Made by a program: the position numbers and the translations under genes. Positions 1-8,743 of a stretch of 64,000 nt of DNA are shown one piece after another (the stretch's first letter is position 1; the number at the start of each line of letters is the position of its first letter). A model generated the notes under the pieces. The model had not been told where the DNA came from and searched no databases. It saw only the letters and a list, made by a program, of their open reading frames with translations. The stretch is from an uncultured Gemmatimonadales bacterium (GTDB lineage Bacteria > Gemmatimonadota > Gemmatimonadetes > Gemmatimonadales > GWC2-71-9). Location of the stretch: contig CAWCVB010000005.1 of assembly GCA_963798915.1 (NCBI GenBank), forward strand, positions 281,291 through 345,290, read 5' to 3'.

Positions 1-1851
1 GACCAGGACGCGAACCGGTGCCCCGGGCGGAGCCAACTGGGTGCAGCACGCCCGCTACCGTATCGACGGTTCGCTGGATCCGTCGGTGCACCGGATCCAT
101 GGTCACGAGCAGGTGATCTACCAGAACCACTCGCCGGACACCCTCCGGCGCATCGCCGTCCACCTGCGGCAGAATGTCTTCGCGGCGGGTGTGCCGCGGC
201 GGGATCCGGTGCCCATCACCGGTGGCATGGCGCTGGGTCGGATGTCAATCGATGGCCAGCTCCTCACGCCACGGCCTCAGGGCCAGCGCAATGGCGCTGG
301 GCCAGGGCGGAGCGCCAGCGGACAGTATCAGGTGCAGGGAACCGTCATGTGGATCGCCCTGCCGCACGCGTTGCTGCCCGGCGACAGTCTTACGTTCGAG
401 TGTGCCTGGTCGTATGCCGTGGCGCCGTCGCCGTCCGATGGTCGTGAAGGACGCGAAGGACGGGTCTATTTCCTGGGCTACTGGTACCCGCAGGTCGCCG
501 TCTATGATGACGTGCACGGGTGGGTTGCCGATCCGTACCTGTTGGAGGCCGAGTTCTACATGGATCCGGCCGACTACGACGTACGCCTGACGGTTCCACG
601 CGGATGGGTGGTGGGCGCCACGGGCGTACTTCGCAACCCGACGGAGGTGCTCTCCCCGGCGGCGCGCGACAGCCTTGCGGTGGCGCGGCGGTCAGGTCGA
701 GTCGTCCGAGTGCTGACGCCAGGGCAGGGTGCGCAGCGGGCACTTGCCGGCAAGGGAGTCCAGACCACCTGGCACTTCAGCGCCGAAAACGTGCGGGACT
801 TTGCCTGGGGTACGAGTGATCAGTACGCGTGGGATGCCACTCGTGCGCTGGTGCCGGTTGCGGGCCGGAGCGTACCAGATACGGTGGACATCAACAGCTA
901 CTTCCGGCTGCACCCGCCGGCGGCCGCATGGGCGGTGGGGGGTGCCCGCTTCACGCGTGATGCCATTGAGCAGATGTCGGCATGGCTGTGGCCCTATCCC
1001 TGGCCGCAGATGAGCTCGATGGAGGGAGTGTTGCTGGGTGGCGGCATGGAGTATCCGATGATGACGATCATGCAGCCATGGGCGGATACGCTGTCGCTCG
1101 CCGGTGACCTCATGCATGAGACGGGTCACATGTGGTTCCCGATGCAGGTCGGCTCCAACGAGACGCGCCATCCGTGGATGGATGAAGGGCTCACCCAGTT
1201 CAACGTGGCGCAGGGCATGCGCGCCGTCTACGGCGCGCCGCGCAGCGGAGGCCGGGGCAACGATTCCGAGGAAGGCCAGCGCGCGGCCTACCTGCAGTCA
1301 GCGCGAGAGGGTCACGACATGCCGCTGTCGCTGCCCGGCGACGAATTTCCAGAAGACCTGTATCTGGTGACGTACTACAACAAGACCGCCCAGGTCCTGG
1401 CGGCGCTACGTGGCGTTATTGGGCCCCGAAGTATTTCATCGAGGCGTTGGTGGAGTACGGTCGGCGGTGGATTGGACGCCACCCGGAGCCGTATGACTTC
1501 TTCAATACCATCTCGGACGTGTCCCATCAGGATCTGGCGTGGTTCTGGAACAGCTGGTTCAATCACGGCTGGTCGCTTGACCAGGCGATCGACTCGGTCA
1601 CGGCCAACGGTGACTCCCTGGTCATCGCGATCAGCGATCTCGGCTTGGCCATCATGCCGGTGCGGCTGGTGCTTACCCGAGAGGATGACACCACCCAATT
1701 GATTGAGCTTCCAGCATCGACATGGCTCGACGGCAGCCGCCACACCGCGGTGCGGATGGCGGCCCACCCCAAGGTGGTAAAGGTGGAGATTGACCCGGAG
1801 GGACTCTTCCCGGATGTAAATCGAGACAATCAGAGCTGGAAGTCGCGATAG
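1..1851 (+). CDS. M1 family (gluzincin) aminopeptidase, 5'-partial, frameshifted near 1421-1447
   Basis: GGMEYP, HETGH (HExxH), WMDEG and YYNK motifs in ORF 41..1702. The C-terminus (HPEPYDFF...IDPEGLFPDVNRDN) continues in ORF 1447..1851. Confidence 0.9.
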
Positions 1852-1929
1852 GGTGACGGTCGTCGGTCCGCCCGGCCGGCATCTTTGGGCCGACGGAGGG
1901 GCTCCGTCGACGACCGCAGTCGGGCTCCT

Positions 1930-1974
1930 GGTTGCTTCGTCGGCGCCTTCGGACGGCGCCTCCTCGCAATGACA
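1930..1974 (-). repeat. REP-like palindromic intergenic element
   Basis: Reverse strand reads TGTCATTGCGAGGAG-GCGCC...GGCGCC-GACGAAGCAACC with an internal hairpin, resembling the widespread GTCATTGCGAGG...GAAGCAATC repeat. Confidence 0.55.
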
Positions 1975-2240
1975 CGGCTTTGGCGAGCGGCTGAGCCGCA
2001 TCTGGCGCGCTCGCGGCCGCCGTCCCGCTGGACGCTGCAGTTCGCTCCGACCTCAGGGCTCGTCCTCCGGGCGACCGCTCACTGACGCGCCCGCTGGCAC
2101 GGCGGCCCGCTCGCCCGACCTTGCCGAGCCGCCGAGCCGCCGAGCCCTTTCCGTCCAATTCCCCATGCCAGCCCGTGCACCGCTGGCGCGCCGAGGCTGC
2201 GGGACGTATGCTGTGGGGGAGCCCAGCCAGGGAGGCCCCC

Positions 2241-2621
2241 GTGCCCACGCCAGGCCGTCACCGCATTCTGATCGTTGAGGACCAGCCTGACGTCCGCCGT
2301 GTGATCGCCCGGTTTGTCCGGCTGCTGGATGGTGAACCCGTCCTCGCCCGTGATGGGGTTGAGGGGTGGGAGCTCGCGCGTACCGCAGATCCTCCGTTTG
2401 ACCTCGTAATCACCGACAACCACATGCCCAGGATGACGGGCCGGGCGCTGATCCTGAAGCTCCGTCAGCTCTCGCCATCCATCAGGGTGCTGCGCGTCAC
2501 GGGCAGCGACGGACCCGAAGACGCGCCGGCCAGCGATGGCACCACGACCCTGCACAAGCCGTTCACCCTGGACGAATTCTCGGCAGCGATGCAGCACGCC
2601 CTGGTGGCCAGGGGGGCCTGA
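2241..2621 (+). CDS. Single-domain response regulator (receiver)
   Basis: ILIVED...DLVITDNHMP...TGS...KPF. GGAGG at 2231 precedes GTG 2241. Confidence 0.88.
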   Translation: MPTPGRHRILIVEDQPDVRRVIARFVRLLDGEPVLARDGVEGWELARTADPPFDLVITDNHMPRMTGRALILKLRQLSPSIRVLRVTGSDGPEDAPASDGTTTLHKPFTLDEFSAAMQHALVARGA

Positions 2622-2857
2622 CCCGGCTGGAGCGCGGACGCCACAGGGGTGGTGGAAGGGGCCTGTTGCTTGTGATCAACGAGGCGACGTCGGGACAGCG
2701 CCATAAAGGGGAGTAGAAATATCGGATTTGGGAAAATCCCAGTATGCGCGCTCCCGTTGGCGCGCTACCATGAAGGGATCACATGCCATGCCGAATTCCT
2801 CTGCCCCTGCCGCCGCATGAGGGGGTCCGCACGCCTCGCGACGGAGACCAGCCCCCG

Positions 2858-3019
2858 ATGATGTCCGAACGGTGCCGCGATTGCGGCGTCCAGCAGGCCG
2901 ACGAGGGGTCGTTGTGCCATGCATGTCTCATGCGGCGGGCCCGGCGCTTCGAGTGGATTGCCGTCATAGGCATCGTGGCCATGGCGCTCGCGCTGCTCTG
3001 GCGAGATACCGCGGGATGA
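2858..3019 (+). CDS. Small (53 aa) CxxC...CxxC zinc-ribbon protein with C-terminal TM helix
   Basis: MMSERCRDC...LCHAC...WIAVIGIVAMALALLW; GGAG at 2843. Confidence 0.6.
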   Translation: MMSERCRDCGVQQADEGSLCHACLMRRARRFEWIAVIGIVAMALALLWRDTAG

Positions 3020-3068
3020 GCTGAGGTCGAGCGCTGGCCGGTCATGTAGCAATGCGAGCGAGGTCCTG

Positions 3069-3446
3069 ATGGCTGGATTCGAGAGACCCAGGGTGCTGCT
3101 GGTCGAAGACGCGGCTGATGTGCGGCGGCTTCTTGCCCGGTTTATCCGGCTGGCGCACGCCGACCCGGTCGTGGCGGAAGACGGCCTTCAGGGTTGGGAG
3201 CTGGCCCGGATGGCGGATCCGCCATTCGACCTGGTGATTACCGACAGCCGTATGCCCAGGATGACGGGTCGTGAGTTGATCGCCTTGCTCCGGGAGCGAT
3301 TCCCCGGGATACCAATCCTGCGGATTACCGGGAGCGACGGCATGAGCGGCCTGCCGCCGATCGCTGATGTCCGCACACTGCAGAAGCCCTTCGCCATGGC
3401 CGATTTCATTGACGCCGTCGAAGCGCTGCTTGCTTCCGGCCGGTAG
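3069..3446 (+). CDS. Single-domain response regulator (receiver), paralog of 2241..2621
   Basis: VLLVED...DLVITDSRMP...TGS...KPF; GAGG upstream. Confidence 0.9.
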   Translation: MAGFERPRVLLVEDAADVRRLLARFIRLAHADPVVAEDGLQGWELARMADPPFDLVITDSRMPRMTGRELIALLRERFPGIPILRITGSDGMSGLPPIADVRTLQKPFAMADFIDAVEALLASGR

Positions 3447-3942
3447 AAACCCCTCCCCAGGCGTCGGTGCGCCGTCGCCGCGCTTCCAGCAGCAGCAGGC
3501 CGGGAAATCCGGAAGCACTTGGCTCCCTCGCGTTGAAGAGAGAGAGAGAGGGACACTATAGGGTGAGAGTCCCAAGGCTGTGCTCATCAGTCCGGCCGCG
3601 CTCTGCCCGGCAGGCTCCATTGTGCCCGACAACCTCGACTCGATTGCACTTAATCCCATCTTCCGCGTCGCCGCCCGGCTATCGGCACCTCCTACGATCG
3701 CGGTCACCTACAGCCGAATCCCCTGAAGACGACCTCGTGCTCCGAAGGCAGGCGCGCTATCCCGGCAACCACCGCACCACTGGCCTCCCCCCATGGGAAA
3801 TGCCGACCGAGTCCAACGAGCGGACCGGACTGAATTGCCGCATAAGCGATAAAATCAGGGCAACGGATAGGACGGACGGCGGACCTGTCGCTGTCGGGAG
3901 CCATGCCGATCCTCGCACCCGCGCAGCGCATGCGTACCCGAA

Positions 3943-4001
3943 CTTTCGTGTTTTCGTGTCTTTCGTCTTGTTCGTGCTTTCGTGACTTTCGTGTTGTCGT
4001 G
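3943..4001. repeat. Degenerate ~9-bp tandem repeat with TTTCGTG core
   Basis: ctttcgtg ttttcgtg tctttcgtc ttgttcgtg ctttcgtg actttcgtg ttgtcgtg. Confidence 0.75.
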
Positions 4002-4106
4002 CCCCCGTGTCATCTTCCTGACATCGAAGCAACACAGCTTCTCCGGCTCGATCGCCCGCGAGAGGTGGCCGTCGTGGCCCAAACATATTCTTCCGGAGAT
4101 AGTATC

Positions 4107-4502
4107 ATGCGCACAGCCCTCGCCGTGCTCCTCCTCGCCACGCCCGTGGGGGTGGCGCACGCCCAGGCAACCACCAAGCCGGTGCCATCCGTAACGGTCA
4201 AGGAGGAGACGCCGGGGCTCATGAAGTCTGCCAAGGTCACGGCCGAGGCGGCCACCCGCACCGCGGCAGCTCGGGTGCCGACCGGCCACATTAAGAGCGC
4301 CGAGATCGAAAAGGAAGATGGCAAGCTGATCTACTCGTTTGATTTCGTGGTGCCCAAGCAGGAAGGCATCCAGGAGGTCAACGTGGATGCCATGACCGGC
4401 GCCGTGATCGGAGTGGAGCACGAGTCCGCCGCCGCCGAACAGAAGGAAAGGGCCCGTGACAAGCAGGGCGATGCGGAGGACAAGGACCCTGACACCGACT
4501 GA
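4107..4502 (+). CDS. Secreted PepSY domain protein
   Basis: Signal peptide MRTALAVLLLA...AHAQ; SAEIEKEDGKLIYSFD...EVNVDAMTGAVI. Confidence 0.85.
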   Translation: MRTALAVLLLATPVGVAHAQATTKPVPSVTVKEETPGLMKSAKVTAEAATRTAAARVPTGHIKSAEIEKEDGKLIYSFDFVVPKQEGIQEVNVDAMTGAVIGVEHESAAAEQKERARDKQGDAEDKDPDTD

Positions 4503-4511
4503 TCGGAAATT

Positions 4512-5201
4512 GTGCGGATCCTGATCGTCGAGGACGAGCCCGCGCTCGCGGATTTTCTCGCGCGCACCGTACGTCAGGCCACCTGGGCGGCTGATGTCGC
4601 AGTTTCGGGCGCGGCCGCCCTCGAGGCACTGGCGGTGGTGCCGTACGACCTGGTGGTCCTGGACGTAGGGTTGCCGGACATGGACGGCTTCGAAGTATGC
4701 CGGCAATACCGCGCGCGGAGCGGGCACGCGCCCATCCTGGTGCTGACCGCGCGCGGCGCCCTGGGGGACCGGGTCTGCGGGCTCGATGCCGGCGCGGATG
4801 ACTACCTGACCAAGCCATTTGCGGTGGAGGAATTGCTTGCGCGCCTTCGTGCACTGGCTCGCCGTCCGCCCGACACCCGCGGCGGCGTCTTGCGCTACGC
4901 CGACGTTGAGCTGGACCCGGCGCTGCGTTCGGCGCGGCGGGCTGGTATTCCATTGCAGCTGACTGCTCGCGAATTTGCCCTCCTGGAATACCTGGTTCGC
5001 ACCCCGGACCGGGTGCTCACCCGTGGCCAGATCCTGGATCACGTGTGGGACGACAACTTCGATCCGGTGGCCAACGCCGTGGATGTGCTGGTCGGCCGCG
5101 TGCGGCGCAAGCTGGACATCGCCGGCTCGTCGCCACTGATTCACACGTTGCGTGGTGCGGGGTACCTGTTTGCCGCCAGCGCACCCGACGATGCCGCTTA
5201 G
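4512..5201 (+). CDS. OmpR-family response regulator (CusR/CopR-like)
   Basis: Receiver plus winged helix (LTAREFALLEYL, NAVDVLVGRVRRKL, IHTLRGAGY). Confidence 0.93.
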   Translation: MRILIVEDEPALADFLARTVRQATWAADVAVSGAAALEALAVVPYDLVVLDVGLPDMDGFEVCRQYRARSGHAPILVLTARGALGDRVCGLDAGADDYLTKPFAVEELLARLRALARRPPDTRGGVLRYADVELDPALRSARRAGIPLQLTAREFALLEYLVRTPDRVLTRGQILDHVWDDNFDPVANAVDVLVGRVRRKLDIAGSSPLIHTLRGAGYLFAASAPDDAA

Positions 5202-6525
5202 CCGCGTCCGGCTTCGCCTGGCCGGCTGGTTCTCGCTGGCGTTTCTGGCTGGGCTCCTGTTGCTGAGTCTCTTCCTCTACCTCTATACCCACCGCCGTAA
5301 CGATGCCCGGTTCACATCGGCCCTGACGTCCGAGGCGAAGGACCTGGTCCAGGCCATCCAGCGCGAATTTGCCGAGACACCTGCGGCCGGACTGACGGCC
5401 GCCGCCAGCGCCGCCATCGAGGAATTTCCTGCCGGTCTCGATGGCTTCGCGGTCTACGATCCGCTCGGGGCCAGGGTTGCCACTGGCGGCGTTGCTGCGC
5501 TGGCAGCCTCGACACCCGCCAGTCTGACTGCGGACTCATGGTCCGCCCGGGAGGTTCCTGGAGCTGGGGAGCATGGCATCCGCCTGATTCATGCTCGCGC
5601 GGAGTCACCAGTGATGCAGGTGGTCATGGCGGGCTCGATGCAGCGCTTGGATGAGGATACCGAAGCGCTGATTCTGTGGCTTGCCGTGAGCGTACCGGTG
5701 GCGGCTCTGCTCAGCCTGGCTGGGGGCTACATGCTCTCCCGCCGCGCCCTGCGGCCGGTGGCCGACCTGGAGCGCAGCATCGGCGCCATCGGTCCCGATC
5801 AGCTGGATCGGCGACTGCCGGTCCGTCATGCCGATGAGCTGGGTCGGGTCGCCATTCAGTTCAACGGTTTGCTCGAGCGCCTGGAATCGTCGCAGGCGAA
5901 GAATCGTCGCTTCCTGGAGGAGGCAGCGCACCAGATTCGCACGCCGCTGACGCTGGTGCTGGGCGAGGCCGAACTGGCACTGAGCGCAGGCGGCAAGCCC
6001 GAGGCATCCACGGACGCACTGCGCCGGGTGCGGCTCGCGGCGACCCAGATGCGCCGCCGGGTGGAAGAGCTGCTGCTGCTGGCGCGCGCGGATGCGGGGG
6101 AGCGGGCGCCACTCACCGATCAGGTTGAACTGGACGGCCTGGCCTTGGAAGCGGTGGACTTGATGCGCGCGCGCGCACACGCGCTGGGCCGCCGGCTGGA
6201 GCTGGGGCGGATTGACGCCGTCAGCGTCACCGGCAGCGAGCCGCTTTTGCGGGAAGCGGTGCTGGAACTCCTCGAGAACGCCTGTCGCCATGGCGAGCAG
6301 CAGGTCCCGGTGCGGCTTTCGGTATCCGCGACCAACGCCTCGGCGGTGGTGGCGGTGTCGAACGGCGTGGCTGGGGTCAGCGAGGCGCCGGCGCCAGGCC
6401 ACGGACTGGGATTGCAGGTGGTCGACTGGATTGCGTCGGAGCACGGCGGCGAGCTCGCGCGCAACACCGAGCCGGGCTCGGTCTGCTTCGCCCTCACGCT
6501 GCCGCAGACGATCGCACGATGCTGA
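5191..6525 (+). CDS. HAMP-domain sensor histidine kinase with atypical HATPase domain
   Basis: Two TMs, HAMP, AAHQIRTPL H-box, LLENACRH N-box, GHGLGL G2 box. Overlaps the regulator stop. Confidence 0.88.
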   Translation: MPLSRVRLRLAGWFSLAFLAGLLLLSLFLYLYTHRRNDARFTSALTSEAKDLVQAIQREFAETPAAGLTAAASAAIEEFPAGLDGFAVYDPLGARVATGGVAALAASTPASLTADSWSAREVPGAGEHGIRLIHARAESPVMQVVMAGSMQRLDEDTEALILWLAVSVPVAALLSLAGGYMLSRRALRPVADLERSIGAIGPDQLDRRLPVRHADELGRVAIQFNGLLERLESSQAKNRRFLEEAAHQIRTPLTLVLGEAELALSAGGKPEASTDALRRVRLAATQMRRRVEELLLLARADAGERAPLTDQVELDGLALEAVDLMRARAHALGRRLELGRIDAVSVTGSEPLLREAVLELLENACRHGEQQVPVRLSVSATNASAVVAVSNGVAGVSEAPAPGHGLGLQVVDWIASEHGGELARNTEPGSVCFALTLPQTIARC

Positions 6526-7691
6526 TGCTGCTGCTGGCGTTGGCGGCGCAGCAGCCGGGCGACACTCTGTCGCTCCGTGTGTCGCTCGTTCTCGCCCATG
6601 CACAGCGGCCACTGAGCTCAGCTGCCGCCGCCGGCGTGAATGAGGCGCGAGGCGCGCTGCGCTCCGCCGGCGCCATTCCCAATCCCACCATCATGTACAG
6701 TCACAGCGAAGCCTTTCCGCTCAACCATCTCACCGTGGAGCAACCGCTGGACTGGCTGCTGCGGCGAGGTGCTGATCGTGACGCGGGGCTCGCCGGCGTG
6801 GCACGGGCCGGTGCGGACTCGGCTGCGTCCATGGCGCAGCTGGATCGCGACGTGCGGAGTGCGTACTGGAACGCGCGCGCTGCGCGCGCGGCCTCCGCGC
6901 TCGCCGCGTCGGAGGCAATGGAGGCTGACTCGCTCGCCGCCATCGCCGGCGCGCGCTACCGGGCGGGCGAGATTTCACTGCTGGAACAGGAACAGGCGGC
7001 GCAGGAAGCCGCGCTCACCCGCCAGGCGGAGTCCCGCGCGCGCGAAGTCGCCCGTGTCTCTGCGCTCGACCTGGCCCGTGCGCTGGGTCAGTCTGACGGC
7101 ACCGTCGTTCCAGCCGACCCGCTCGATTCCGGACTCGACCAGCTGCCGCCCGCAGACCTGCTGGCTGCGGCAACGCCGGCGGTCCGTTCTGCCCTTGCGG
7201 ACTCCGTGGTTGCCGCCGCCGAGTTGCGCGCGACCGCGCGGGCCCGCGTTCCGATTCCCTCGCTGCAGGCTGGTGCGGAATGGGGCGATCCCTCTCAACC
7301 CGGCTCGCTCTCCACCATTGGCTTTGCCATTCCGCTGCCGCTCTGGAACCAGGATGGCGGGGGCATGACCGCTGCGCGTGCCCGCGCCAGGCGCGCCAGC
7401 GCGCTTGCCGCGGAAACTCGCCTGGAAGCGAACCGGCTCATTCGCGGTGCCAGGGTCCATCTGGAGGAGACGACGCTGCGAGCCCGCGTGGCGCGCGACT
7501 CCCTGGTGCCATCAGCGGCGCAGATTCGCAGTCGGGCCATGCGCGGATATGCCGCCGGCGAAACCGGCATTCTCCCGGTGCTCGACGCGCTCCGTAATGA
7601 ACGGCAGATCCTGCTGCAGGCTATCCAGGATCAACTCGCTTTCCAATTGGCGCTTGCCGACTGGCATGCCCTTTCGGGGTCAGCTGAATGA
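6519..7691 (+). CDS. TolC/CzcC-family outer membrane efflux protein
   Basis: IPNPTI, ARYRAGEISLLE, IPLPLWNQ, YAAGETGILPVLDA repeats. Confidence 0.88.
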   Translation: MLMLLLALAAQQPGDTLSLRVSLVLAHAQRPLSSAAAAGVNEARGALRSAGAIPNPTIMYSHSEAFPLNHLTVEQPLDWLLRRGADRDAGLAGVARAGADSAASMAQLDRDVRSAYWNARAARAASALAASEAMEADSLAAIAGARYRAGEISLLEQEQAAQEAALTRQAESRAREVARVSALDLARALGQSDGTVVPADPLDSGLDQLPPADLLAAATPAVRSALADSVVAAAELRATARARVPIPSLQAGAEWGDPSQPGSLSTIGFAIPLPLWNQDGGGMTAARARARRASALAAETRLEANRLIRGARVHLEETTLRARVARDSLVPSAAQIRSRAMRGYAAGETGILPVLDALRNERQILLQAIQDQLAFQLALADWHALSGSAE

Positions 7692-8743
7692 GACCTTCCC
7701 TGCGTGCGCTGGTCCTTCTCGCACTGGCTGCCTGCGGCTCGGCCGACACCGGTGACGAGGCCGCGCAGACCGGCGCCGCACTGGTGCCTGTTCACTTTGC
7801 CGTGGTGGTGCGCGACTCCATCAGCGAAACGCTGCTGTTCACCGGACGGCTCTCCGCCCGCCCCGGCGGGGCAGTGGAGCTCACCGCGCCTGCGGCCGGG
7901 GTGGTGCGCCGGGTCTCAGCGCAGATCGGCGACCGAGTCGGGCGGGGCGCGGTGGTGGCTGTCATCGACGTCCCGGAGCTCAGTGCCGATGCCGCGCAGA
8001 AGTCCGCCGCCGCATCGTTGGCGGCACGCGAATCAGCGCGGCAGGAGCAGCTGCTCGCGGATGGCATCACCTCGGCCCGCCAGGCCGAAGAAGCAGTGGC
8101 GGCGAAGCGGCAGGCCGCCGCCGCGGCGCAAGCCGCCAGCGCACTTCTCGCGCGTACCCGGCTCGTGAGCCCGCTGGCGGGCCGAATCCAGAGCGTGAAT
8201 GTGCAGGTGGGCGCGCGGGTCGAGGCGGGCGCACCCATGGCCCGGGTGGTGAACGTGGACACGCTGGACCTTACGCTGGCGATTCCCGCCAATGCGTTGT
8301 GGCGGCTCCGGCCGAAGATGGTCGCCGACATCAGCGAAGAAGGAGCTACGACGACGGTCGAGGGCTTTGTTGCCGGGATTGCGCCCGGGGTGGATTCGCT
8401 CACGGGAACCGGTACCGCCGTGATCCGGATCCCCAATCCGGATGGCGCGTTGCACCCGGGCGCTGCCGCCACCGCACGGCTCCGGCTTGGCTTGCGGCGG
8501 GATGTCCTGATTGTTCCCGATTCGGCGCTGGTGCTGGCGGGCGACAGCAGCGCCGTCTTCGTCGTCGGCGCCGATTCCGTCGCGCACCAGCGCGTGGTGC
8601 GGCCCGGTGTCCGATCCGGGGGTCGCGTGGAAGTCGAGGGCAACCTCAAGCCTGGTGACCGGGTGGTGACCGCAGGCGCCTTTGGCCTGGAAGACGGCAT
8701 GCGCGTTGGGGCGGCCCGTGACTCGACCGATTCCACGCAGTGA
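7688..8743 (+). CDS. RND periplasmic adaptor (MFP) lipoprotein
   Basis: Lipobox LAAC; lipoyl-like halves (APAAGVV, SPLAGRI); GDRVVTAG. Confidence 0.92.
   Translation: MRPSLRALVLLALAACGSADTGDEAAQTGAALVPVHFAVVVRDSISETLLFTGRLSARPGGAVELTAPAAGVVRRVSAQIGDRVGRGAVVAVIDVPELSADAAQKSAAASLAARESARQEQLLADGITSARQAEEAVAAKRQAAAAAQAASALLARTRLVSPLAGRIQSVNVQVGARVEAGAPMARVVNVDTLDLTLAIPANALWRLRPKMVADISEEGATTTVEGFVAGIAPGVDSLTGTGTAVIRIPNPDGALHPGAAATARLRLGLRRDVLIVPDSALVLAGDSSAVFVVGADSVAHQRVVRPGVRSGGRVEVEGNLKPGDRVVTAGAFGLEDGMRVGAARDSTDSTQ

Noticed and set aside
1421..1447. Programmed frameshift or split gene in the M1 peptidase
   Set aside because: No slippery site; removing two extra bases in short runs restores GPEVFHRALVE, which fits sequencing error.
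3536..3573. GA run followed by GACACTATAGGG, resembling an SP6/T7 phage promoter or vector sequence
   Set aside because: The upstream promoter bases are missing and there is no vector or phage context; likely chance within a small hairpin.
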